This document shows positions 1 through 9,148 of a stretch of 13,981 bases of DNA, piece by piece (the first letter of the stretch is position 1; the number at the start of each line of letters is the position of its first letter). A program made the position numbers and the translations under genes. The notes beneath the pieces are model-generated. The model saw only the letters and a list, made by a program, of their open reading frames with translations. It was not told the DNA's origin and made no database searches. Origin of the DNA: Octopus sinensis (Eukaryota); NCBI RefSeq assembly GCF_006345805.1, contig NW_021825847.1:1-13981 (forward strand), given 5' to 3'.

Positions 1-199
1 TTATTATTCATGTCAGGGATCTTTCAAAAGACACTTTATTTGCTGTAAGAGTGTGGAAAATATGAATGGCGAACAACCCTGGGTAAACATGCTGAAAGCG
101 AGGATTGAGGGATTGAGAGATGGAGTGGGAGGGCGGGCGGGTGGGTGGGTGAGAAGAAGGGCTGAAGTGGATTGTATGGAAGGAGATTGCAAATATTGT

Positions 200-519
200 A
201 CATACACACACACACACACAATGCATGTATTCATACATACATACATACATACTACATACATACATAATATAAACATATACATAAAATGCATGCACACCTG
301 TATGTATGTATATGTAAATATATAGATTTATAACATGTGTATGTATAATATATATATATATAATATATATAATATTATTATATATAGATATAACATATGC
401 ATATATATATTTACATATATGTATGTATCCTATCTATCCATCAATCTATATACACACATAAACATATGTATACATACCTACATATGTATGTGTGTATATA
501 TAGATATAATATAATATAT

Positions 520-550
<31 letters not shown>

Positions 551-692
551 CATATGTTGTGTATATTTCAAAAACGAAAAAGTACTGTGAAAGGCGACAC
601 GTAACCAAATATTCTATCTATCTATCTATCAATACGCATACATACATATATACACACATACATAATACATACTTACATATATATATATATAT
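200..692. repeat. Compound microsatellite / low-complexity tract: (CA)n, (TACA)n, (TA)n, (TAGA)n
   Basis: Directly visible, e.g. (TAGA)n at ~521-550 and TA runs at 346-415 and 677-692. A short unique stretch lies at ~566-612. Confidence 0.9.
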
Positions 693-977
693 ACGGTGTC
701 GTGTAAGTGATAGAGTTGAAATGGCGGTGTAGAGGTATAGGCGGGGGATCGAGATTTCAAGACGTCTTTCTTTTCTTTCATTTTTGTTTTCCTGTTGTGA
801 AGGAACAGCGTTCGCTTTATTTGCTCACTTGTAAGTATTGGCATAAATCATAAGATATTCCCATGGAAAACTCGAAGCCAACTATGCCTTGAAGTAGGGC
901 CTACATAATCGCAATCAGACTGACAGACAGACATTCTTGTGTGCAATGTGTGTGTGTGTGTACGCATGGTAGATATG

Positions 978-1173
978 TGTGCGTTTTTATGTCTGTGTTG
1001 GTCTGTCACCGCCGCTTGACAACCGGTTCTGGCGAGTAACTCCCCACCCCCCGTGACGTAGCGGCTTGCCACAAAGAGACCGATGGAGTAAATGACAGTT
1101 TTTACAAAAATTCTTTAAAAATTGGTGCCCCGGCATGGCCGTAGTCAAACGACTGAAACATAGAAAACAACGA
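978..1173 (+). mobile_element. Degenerate 3' half of tRNA/CORE-type SINE (family B)
   Basis: Colinear with 9600-9870 in this window. Shared blocks: tgtctgtgtt..caccgc(cg)cttgac, cgt(g/c)ac(g/t)tagcggct, aaagagaccg, ggtgcccc(g/a)gcatggccg, (c/t)gactgaaaca. Preceded by a (GT)n tract, as in the other copy. Confidence 0.8.
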
Positions 1174-1370
1174 CATCTATATGTCAAACATCGTGTATAT
1201 ATATATATATATGCGAGTATATTCGAGTGCGGTGTGTGTATGTATGTGTGTGTATATGTATGTATTTTTTCATGTGTGTGTGCGTGTGTGTGTGTGTGTG
1301 TGAACTTATGAGACCCTTCCTGATAGGAAGTGTTCAATACCATCTGCAAGGTATCGATCCCACGTTATTC

Positions 1371-1401
<31 letters not shown>

Positions 1402-1522
1402 CAATCCCCCAAAACCTATTACAATCCCAATCTCCCGTACTTGAAGAATATTCGAGACAGCTAAATCAACAGAAACGAACTTCATTGAATCTATAGAGTT
1501 CTCATTCACTTCGCAAAATACC

Positions 1523-1592
1523 TGCTGCTGCCGCTGCTGCTGCTGCTGTTGTTGCTGCTGTGGTTGTTGTTGTTGTTGTTGCTGTTGTTGTG
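1523..1592. repeat. (CTG)n/(TTG)n trinucleotide microsatellite
   Basis: Directly visible; it produces the poly-Q in ORF 1306..1641. Confidence 0.95.
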
Positions 1593-1703
1593 CATGACTG
1601 TGTTTTTCTTTTCGTAATCGATTCCGCATTGCTAAACCCATCGTTTTTGTAATTTGTTTTCATAACGTCTCCTTATCCATCACCCACGTGGCAAAGAAAT
1701 TTA

Positions 1704-1808
1704 ATCATCATCATCGTCGTCGTCATCATCATTGTCGTCATCATCGTCATCATCATCATCATCATCACATCATCGTCGTCGTCGTCATCATCGTCATCAT
1801 CATCATCG

Positions 1809-1843
<35 letters not shown>

Positions 1844-1937
1844 GTCGTCGTCATCATCGTCATCATCATCATCATCATCATCTTCATCATCATCATCATC
1901 ATCGTCATCATCACCATCATCGTCGTCGTCATCATCG

Positions 1938-1978
<41 letters not shown>

Positions 1979-2009
1979 GTCGTCGTTGTCGTCGTCATCA
2001 TCATCACCA
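1704..2009. repeat. ~300-bp (CAT)n/(CGT)n trinucleotide array
   Basis: Directly visible; explains the poly-H, poly-I/V and poly-M ORFs. Confidence 0.97.
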
Positions 2010-2015
2010 TTACAA

Positions 2016-2043
2016 AGGCCTCGTGCCTAGAGTAAGAAATAAT
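2016..2043 (+). mobile_element. Isolated 3' tail (type B) of SINE family A, extremely 5'-truncated
   Basis: aggcctcgtgcctagagtaagaaat resembles the reverse complement of 7517-7541 (agtccttgtccctatagtaaaaagg), the terminal tail of the SINE copy at 7517-7910. Contains the hairpin aggc-CTCGT-gcct. Confidence 0.6.
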
Positions 2044-2044
2044 T

Positions 2045-2671
2045 AATTCTTTTATTGGCCACAAGGGCTAATTATAGAGATACGTTAAAGGACATGACAG
2101 GACTATACAAAAGGTTTTAAAACGTGTAAATTAAAATAACAAGGAAAAACCAAATAAAACTTTAAGGATACTCGTGGAAACCCCCTCAAAAGCCACGGGT
2201 GCCTGATCAACAGGGCGAGAGTCCTTTAATTTCCTTTCTTTTTTACAGGTGTATGGTCAGAATTGTTCCTTTCATACTGGTTACTCTTCCGATATTCACC
2301 CACCTTTCAGCAAACTTGTTAAATGACAACACTCTCCTCTCCACCCCCACTTTCCTCTTAAAGAGAAACTTAAAAAAGTTGATGAGGGTTTGGCCAAAGA
2401 GGAAAGTGTCTGACTTTAGCCCTTTCAAAAGAGTCCACCATACTACCTCTTTTGCTACACCCACCAGACAAATGAAAATTGCCTTCCCCTCCCGGTTAAA
2501 AGAGGCCGGCTGGGCAATCTTTACAATGGATTCAGCTGAAAGCCGGATCCGTCCTACACACGACAGCAGCTGTCCGACATAAACCCACAGGTCAGCAATG
2601 CTCGGGCACTGGACGAGGGCGTGCAGAACGGTTTTGTCGATCTGAGCGCACCTCGGGCAGAACCGGTTGAC
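2045..2671 (-). mobile_element. 5'-truncated non-LTR retrotransposon (L1/Tx1-like LINE): ORF2 C-terminus plus ~200-bp 3'UTR
   Basis: Minus-strand frame 2671->2243 reads RFCPRCAQIDKTVLHALVQCPSIADLW...AKEVVWWT...FAERW...IHL*. CxxC-x7-H-x4-C followed by W is the zf-RVT-type zinc knuckle at the end of L1/Tx1 ORF2. A T-rich 3'UTR follows, ending tagcccttgtggccaataaaagaa. Assignment to Tx1 rather than L1 is inference. Confidence 0.85.
2243..2671 (-). pseudogene. LINE ORF2 C-terminal fragment (~140 aa, CCHC zinc knuckle), open but with no RT or endonuclease domain
   Basis: Part of ORF 2243..2824. The N-terminal ~50 aa of that ORF are SINE sequence read through by chance. Confidence 0.8.
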
Positions 2672-3132
2672 GGATGAAAGGCAAAGTCGACCTTGGCGGA
2701 ATTTGAACTCAGAACGTAACGGCAGACGAAATACATATTTCTTTACTTCACACAAGGCTAAACACAGAGAGGACAAACAAGGACAGACAAAGGGATTAAG
2801 TCGATTATATCGACCCCAGTGCATAACTGGTACTTATTTAATCGACCTCGAAAGGATGAAAGGCAAAGTCGACCTCGGCGGAATTTGAACTCAGAAATAC
2901 CCATTTCTTTACTACCCACAGGGGCTAAACACAGAAGGGACAAACAAGGACAGACAAACGGATTAAGTCGATTATATCGACCCAGTGCGTAACTGGTACT
3001 TATTTAATCAACCCCGAAAAGATGAAAGGCAAAGTCGACCTCGGTGGAATTTGAACTCAGAACGTAACGGCAGACGAAATACCGCTAAGCATTTCGTCCG
3101 GCGTGCTAACGTTTCTGCCAGCTCGCTGCCTT
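2672..3132 (-). mobile_element. tRNA-derived SINE family A, multimeric copy (head, two modules with tail A, and a partial third module)
   Basis: Reverse complement begins aaggcagcgagctggcagaaacgttagc (A-box-like TGGCAGAAACG) and has a B-box-like GAGTTCAAATTCC. The core gaggtcgactttgcctttcatcc occurs three times (plus-strand ~2672-2712, ~2853-2893, ~3021-3060). Closely similar to the copies at 7517, 11350, 11597 and 12150. Confidence 0.93.
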
Positions 3133-3181
3133 AAAAATTTCCATCAATAATAATGTTCAGTTGTAATTCCACTGATGGCAG

Positions 3182-3325
3182 CTAATTCTTCAGCTCGGTG
3201 GACTTATCCAGAGAAGGTGAAGTTGTATATATTTTACCTGAAATCTCTGCACCCGGCGTCGGCGGAGTACGAACCACTGACCTTTCAGTTCATAGTCCAG
3301 CACTGTAACCGAGTGGGCCATGTGC
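3182..3325 (-). mobile_element. Degenerate tRNA-derived SINE head (family C)
   Basis: Reverse complement gcacatggcccactcggttacagtgctggact...ggtcagtggttcgtactcc has an A-box-like TGGCCCACTCGG and a B-box-like GGTTCGTACTCC at tRNA spacing. It is followed by agtccaccgagctg, resembling the CCAGTCCACTCAGCTG central motif of invertebrate SINEs. I could not fold an acceptor stem, so it is not called as a tRNA. Confidence 0.6.
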
Positions 3326-3527
3326 GTTTAGTCATTAGTCATTAGTCATCAGAAATGTGCAACCCGAAAGATTTAATTTCAGTTGGAACGTGTGATAGTT
3401 AATTAAGTGGAGCTACAAGTGAAATATCGCCCTTGGAATATTCTGGAGTGTGTCAAGATCACCTTCGTCTCGGTACATTTCTGTTCTTGCTCTTGTTCTT
3501 TACTTCGTTCTCCTCCCCCCTCCCCCT

Positions 3528-3582
3528 CCATCATCATCGTCATCATCATCATCATCATCATCATCATCTTGCTCCACTTCTT

Positions 3583-3637
<55 letters not shown>

Positions 3638-3842
3638 GTGTGTGTGTGTATGTGTGTGTGTGTATGTATGTATATACACGTATGTATACATACATACAAA
3701 TGCACACACACACACATACACAGAGAGAATGAGCGAAAGATAAAGAGAGAGAGAGTGAGAGCGAGCAAGAGGGTTAGAGAAAGAGAGAGAGAAAGAGTGA
3801 GATAGAGAGAGAGAGATAAAGGGATAGAAAGAGAGAATGAGA
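3528..3842. repeat. Compound microsatellite (CAT)n-(CT)n-(AT)n-(GT)n-(CA)n-GA-rich
   Basis: Directly visible. Confidence 0.93.
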
Positions 3843-3969
3843 AAATTGGTTGATGTTTGAAGGCCAATAATTGGAGGTGACGAGGAGTGTGGGGGGCGGG
3901 GGGGAAGAGAGAAGTTGTGAAGACTTAAGGAGAGCTAAATGGGGTTAGAGCTAGGAGAGAAGAAGGAGG

Positions 3970-4005
<36 letters not shown>

Positions 4006-4149
4006 GGGGTGAGAGAGTAACGCGTATAAAAATAGCTTCTTGTATCTTTCTTCGACCGAACGACTTCGTGGAAGACATTGTTGGAGCAACGCTGAATGGC
4101 GGGAAGAACATAGAATATCGGTGGATAGGAACGAGGGAGAAGTTGAAAG

Positions 4150-4267
4150 GGGTGGGTGGGAATGAGAGTGAAGGAGATGGCAGGGGAAGGAAGAGAAGGA
4201 AAGCGAGAATGGAAGGAGATGAAAGACGTAGGAAGAAGAAGAAAAAAAGGTGATAAAACAGCAGTGG

Positions 4268-4313
<46 letters not shown>

Positions 4314-4800
4314 GGTGGTGGTGGTGGTAGTAGTAGTAGTAGTATTAGTAGTAGTAGGGGTAGGAAAAGGAAGTGGATGAAGAGAGGAAAAAGGAGAAGA
4401 GGAAGAATATGACAATAAAGAAGACGAAGAAGAAGTAGAAGGAGAAGAAAAAGAAAAGATGAAGGAGGAGGAAAGGAAGGAAAAGAAGAGGGAAAGTCAA
4501 ATGATAATAATAATAATAATATTAATAATAATAATAATAAGAAGAGGAGGAGGGGAGAGGAGGAGAAGAAGAAGAAGAAGAAGAAGCAGAAGAAGAAGAA
4601 GAGGATGAGAGATGAGGAGTATAAAAGAAGAAGAAGAAGATGAGGAGGAGGAGGAGGAGACGAAGAAGAAGGAAGGAGGAGGAGGAGGAGAAGAAGAAGA
4701 AGAAGAAGAAGAAGATAGAAAAAGAAAGAAGGAAAAGGAGAAAAGAAAGAAGATAACAATGAAGAAGAAAGGGAAAGAGTTGAAGAATGTAGAGAGAGTG
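4150..4800. repeat. Purine-rich low-complexity tract with (GTA)n/(GTG)n (~4269-4357), (AAT)n (~4501-4540) and (GAA)/(GGA)n
   Basis: Directly visible; source of the poly-L/S/P, poly-T, poly-V and poly-E ORFs. Confidence 0.93.
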
Positions 4801-4939
4801 TGATTAAGGAAGGAAAGTTATTGATTTCTTTCTGAAGATTGTTCCAAGAAATTGTTCCAAGTTTCCAGAAGTACTTTGCTTTGTTTCTTCCCTCCGGCAA
4901 TCTTTATTTCCGTTTCCATCCAAAACGTACAAACCTTGC

Positions 4940-5339
4940 CTCTCCCTCCCTCCCCCACCACACCCTCATCCACCCATCGTCCATTCCTTCCTTCTTTCCT
5001 TCCTTCCTTTCTTCCTTCCTTCCTTCCTTCCTTCCTTCCTTCCTTCCTTCCATAACACTCATTCCTCTTCAGGATCCATCCCATCTCTCAGTAATATATT
5101 ATCTCCATGTCCTTTTGTCTCTCCTCGTCCTTCTCTTCCTCTTCTTCCTCCTCCTCGTCCTCCTCTTCTTCTTCTTCCTCCTCCTCGTCCTCCTCTTCAT
5201 CCTCCTCCTCTTCCTCCTCGTCGTCCTCCCCTTCCTCCTCCTCGTCTTCTTCTTCGTCCTCTCCCTCCTCTTCCTCTGTCCTCCTTCCCGTCCTCCCCAC
5301 CCTCCCTTCCTCCCTTCCCTCTCTTCATCCTCTCCCTCC

Positions 5340-5388
<49 letters not shown>

Positions 5389-5681
5389 TCTATCTGTCAG
5401 TTTGTCTGTCTGTCTATCCGCCCATCTGTCTATCAATCTCTCTTTCTTCCTCTCTCTCTTTCACTCTGCCTGTCTCTCTTTCTACCCCGCCCTCTCTCTG
5501 TCTCTTTCTCTGTCTGTCCGTCTGTCCGTCTATCTGTCTATTTATCTATGTATCTATCTTTCTATCAGTCTGTCTTTTTGTCTGTCCGGTTCGTCCGTCC
5601 GTTCGTTTGTGTGTGTGTGTGTCTATCTCTGTCTCTGTCTGTCTGTCTTTCTGTCTGTCTGTCTTTCTGTCTGTCTGTCTT

Positions 5682-5713
<32 letters not shown>

Positions 5714-5731
5714 CCTCCCCCCTCTCTCTCC

Positions 5732-5793
<62 letters not shown>

Positions 5794-5820
5794 CTATCCC
5801 CCCTCTCTCTCTATCTATAT
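4940..5820. repeat. Pyrimidine-rich compound microsatellite: (TTCC)n, (TCC/TCT)n, (CTAT)n, (CTGT)n, (CT)n
   Basis: Directly visible; ORFs 4839..5837 and 5107..5919 are translations of these repeats. Confidence 0.93.
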
Positions 5821-5929
5821 CAGCTTATCTCTCTTAACAACATCAACTGTAATGACAACAACAAAACAACAACAAGCAACACTGCAAACAACAACACTGA
5901 AGTAACATCTCTTTCTTAAAAATTCATGG

Positions 5930-6060
5930 CACACGCAAATTCACACGCATACACAAACACATACAAAGAGAAACGCACACACACCACACACACACACACA
6001 CGCTCACACACACACACACGCACATACACACACATACACACACACACAGGCACCCACACA
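5930..6060. repeat. Imperfect (CA)n
   Basis: Directly visible. Confidence 0.9.
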
Positions 6061-6399
6061 CCCCAATACCCTTTGCTCGGTGTTCTTTCAAAGCTTAAGA
6101 TGAATAAATTTCCACCCGGGTGTAAAATTATTTTAATTTAAACAAAAACAAACAAGCAAATAAATCAAAAACGAAACAAAACAAAGGCGTAAAACAACAA
6201 ACAAACAAACAACAAAGAAAAGAAAATCAAAAACATTTTGTTTTTGTAAAGTTTTTCATGTTTCTTTTTGTTTCTTTTTTGTTGCTTTTCTTCACAGAAC
6301 AACAAAAAAAAACCCGCAAAAACAAAAGATTACAAAAAAAAATGGAAATGAGAAAGAAAGAGAGAAAAACTAAAATGATGTGAATTTGATGACGTTGAG

Positions 6400-6834
6400 A
6401 GGTGGTGGTGGTGATGGTGGTGGTAGTGGTGGTGGTGGGGTGGTGATGGTGGTGGTAGTGGTGGTGGTGGTGGTGATGGTGATGGTGGTGGTAGTGGTGG
6501 TGGTGATGGTGGTTGTGGTGGCGGTAGTTTATTGGTGAGGAAAGTAGTGGTAATGGTGATGGTGGAAGTTGTAGTGGTGGTGGTGGTGGTGGTGGTGGTG
6601 GTGGTGATGGTGGTTGTGGTGGCGGTGGTGATGGAGGCAGTAGTGGTGATGGTGGTTGTGATGGTGGCTGTGATGGTGGTGGTAGTGGAGGTAGTGGTGG
6701 TGATTGCGATGGTGGTGGTGGTGGTGTGGTAATGGCAATAGTGATTATAATAGTGGTGGCAGTGATGATGATAATGATGGTGGTGGTTGAAGTAGTGGTA
6801 TGGGTGCTGCAGCGGTGGTGGTTGTGGTGGTGGT
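6400..6834. repeat. Imperfect (GGT)n / (GAT)n / (AGT)n array
   Basis: Directly visible. Confidence 0.95.
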
Positions 6835-6874
6835 TTCTCATAGACGCTTCTCAACGGTTACAACAAACGATGGC

Positions 6875-6991
6875 ACCACCACCACAACCACCACCGCCAC
6901 CACTACCGTCATCATCATCATCATCAACCGCCATTGCTGCATCACAGCAACCACCGCATCTTCATCGCCGTCGTCCTCTCCTTCTCCTCCT

Positions 6992-7022
<31 letters not shown>

Positions 7023-7442
7023 ATCATCATCATCATCGACAACAACAACGCCGGCTTCCTGCATACTTTCCTGTTTCCATCACAAGTAACGGCACCAAGG
7101 CAACAACAACAACAACAACAACACAACAACAACAACAACATCAGCAGCAGCAGCAGCCGCCGCGGCAGCAGCAATAACAGTAACAGTAATAACAATGGTA
7201 ATGATAGCAACAACAAAGCAGTAATGATTGTAATAACAGCAACGACAATAACATCAATAACAATAGAAAGGAAGAACAACAACAACCACCACAACCGGAA
7301 TAACTACACTTCTGGTAATAACAGCAATAAAAACGGTAATGATAGTAATGACAGCAGCGACGTTAAGAATAATAACAGCAACAAGAGTAACACATCTGCA
7401 ACAATAACACCGGCAATATTACTACTACTACTACTACTACTA

Positions 7443-7474
<32 letters not shown>

Positions 7475-7516
7475 ACTAATAATAATAATAATAATAATAA
7501 TATTAATAATAATAAT
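6875..7516. repeat. Compound trinucleotide array (ACC),(CAT),(CCT),(CAA),(CAG),(AAT),(ACT)
   Basis: Directly visible; ends in (ACT)n ~7419-7475 and (AAT)n ~7478-7516. Confidence 0.93.
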
Positions 7517-7910
7517 CCTTTTTACTATAGGGACAAGGACTGGAATTTTAGGGAAAGGATCTAGTGGTCGATTACATCGACCCCAGTGTTTCACTGGTAC
7601 TTATTTTATTGAAAGGATGAAAGGCAAAGTCGACCTCGGCGGAATTTGAACTCAGGACGCTAAAGACAAACGAAATACCAATTTCTTTACTACTCACAAG
7701 GGGCTAAACACAGAGAGGACAAACAAGGACAGACAAACAGATTAAGTCGATTATATCGATCCCAGTGCGTAACTGGTACTTATTTAATCGACCCCGAAAG
7801 GATGAAAGGCAAAGTCGACCCGGCGGAATTTGAACTCAGAACGTAACGACAGACGAAATACGGCTACGCATTTCGCCGGCGTGCTAACGTTTCTGCCAGC
7901 TCGCCGCCTT
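7517..7910 (-). mobile_element. tRNA-derived SINE family A, dimeric copy (module 1 with tail A, module 2 with tail B), embedded in (AAT)n
   Basis: Head (rc aaggcggcgagctggcagaaacgttagcacgccggcg) at 7910. The module repeat is 183 bp (cgaaata at 7671 and 7854). Tail A at ~7681-7735; tail B (rc ...aaaattccagtccttgtccctatagtaaaaagg) at 7517-7550. (AAT)n on both flanks. Confidence 0.93.
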
Positions 7911-7968
7911 AATAATAATAATAATAATAATATAATAATAATAATATAATAATAATGATGATATGATT

Positions 7969-8019
<51 letters not shown>

Positions 8020-8070
8020 GTGATGATATAAATAATAATAATAATAATAACAACAACAACAGCAACATCA
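7911..8070. repeat. (AAT)n-(GAT)n-(AAT)n-(AAC)n microsatellite
   Basis: Directly visible. Confidence 0.95.
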
Positions 8071-8279
8071 ACAGTTAGCAGCAAGAAACAGGTGCTGTGT
8101 GATTGGACTAAATTGTTCCACACAAACTGTCATTGGAAGAAGGTTTAATTAACTTTCTTGAGCTATAATGAACAACCGCCACCACTCTCTCCGTTTAACC
8201 TTCTACCCATCTACCAACCACCTTTCTTACCTTCTAACCATCCTCCAGTCAACCACACCTCGCTATCCATCACACTACC

Positions 8280-8346
8280 ACCATCCCTATCCATCCATCC
8301 ATCATCCATCCATCCATCCATCCATCCATCTATCTATCTATCTATC
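8280..8346. repeat. (CATC)n/(TATC)n
   Basis: Directly visible. Confidence 0.9.
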
Positions 8347-8738
8347 CTTTCATTTAATCAGTCGTGTGTTTTACTAGCTAAATCACACCCGCTACCACCT
8401 TCGCCTCGGCCCCCACCCCACCAGCCCCACAACCAATCAGCGAACCATCTGACTAACAAACCAGTCAACCAGCTTTCAGTCTAGCCATTAAACCAACCAT
8501 CCAATCATCCACCACCACCACCAACACCACCTCTGGTGCCGCCGGTTCCACAGCCCCCCCCCCCGCCTTTCTACTTCTCCCCTTCTCCCCTCCCCTCCTC
8601 ATCTCCTCCTCCTCCTCCTCCATCACCACTACCACCACTACCACCACCATCGCTTTCATCACCACTATGGCCACCACCGCTGATACCAACCTCCTGCATT
8701 CAGAGACAGAGTGTAGCGGCACATCCACTTACTTATCA

Positions 8739-8741
<3 letters not shown>

Positions 8742-8803
<62 letters not shown>

Positions 8804-9077
8804 ATATATATATGTATATATATATATATATATATATGATGATTGATTGATTGATTCTAGTTAAGCTTATGAGCTGTGGCCATTAGTATATATATAATAA
8901 AAATAATAATAATAAAAAAATAATAATAATAATAATAATAATAATTATTATTGTTATTATTATTATTATATTATTATTATTATATTATTATATTATTATT
9001 ATTATTATATTATCATTATTTATGTATATATGCATATATACATACGGATATGTACATACATCTATACTATTATACTA

Positions 9078-9145
<68 letters not shown>
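8742..9145. repeat. AT-rich compound microsatellite: (TA)n, (GATT)n, (AAT)n then (ATT)n, (TA)n
   Basis: Directly visible. Confidence 0.93.

Positions 9146-9148
<3 letters not shown>

Noticed and set aside
1306-1641. Poly-Q ORF suggestive of a transcription-factor exon
   Set aside because: The poly-Q comes from a (CTG/TTG)n tract, the flanks match no family I recognise, and the ORF runs into (GA)n. An exon cannot be excluded without RNA data, but it is unsupported.
2672-3132. Tandem ~183-bp modules as a hammerhead retrozyme or CRISPR-like array
   Set aside because: I found no CUGANGA...GAAA core on either strand of the module, there are no unique spacers, and the context is eukaryotic.
3328-3348. 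(TTAGTCA)x3 as clustered AP-1-like sites
   Set aside because: Most simply a short slippage repeat next to a SINE head; there is no other regulatory evidence.
3383-3476. Possible plus-strand exon (tttcag|ttggaacg...ctcg|gtacat)
   Set aside because: Stop codons fall near the start in all three frames (tga, taa and taa within gtgtgatagttaattaag), the donor is weak, and the peptide is not recognisable.
3935-7475. Long ORFs (321, 332, 270, 249, 204 aa and others)
   Set aside because: They are translations of stop-free microsatellites (poly-L/S/H/T/V, YLSI repeats), are open in several frames on both strands, and show no domain signal.
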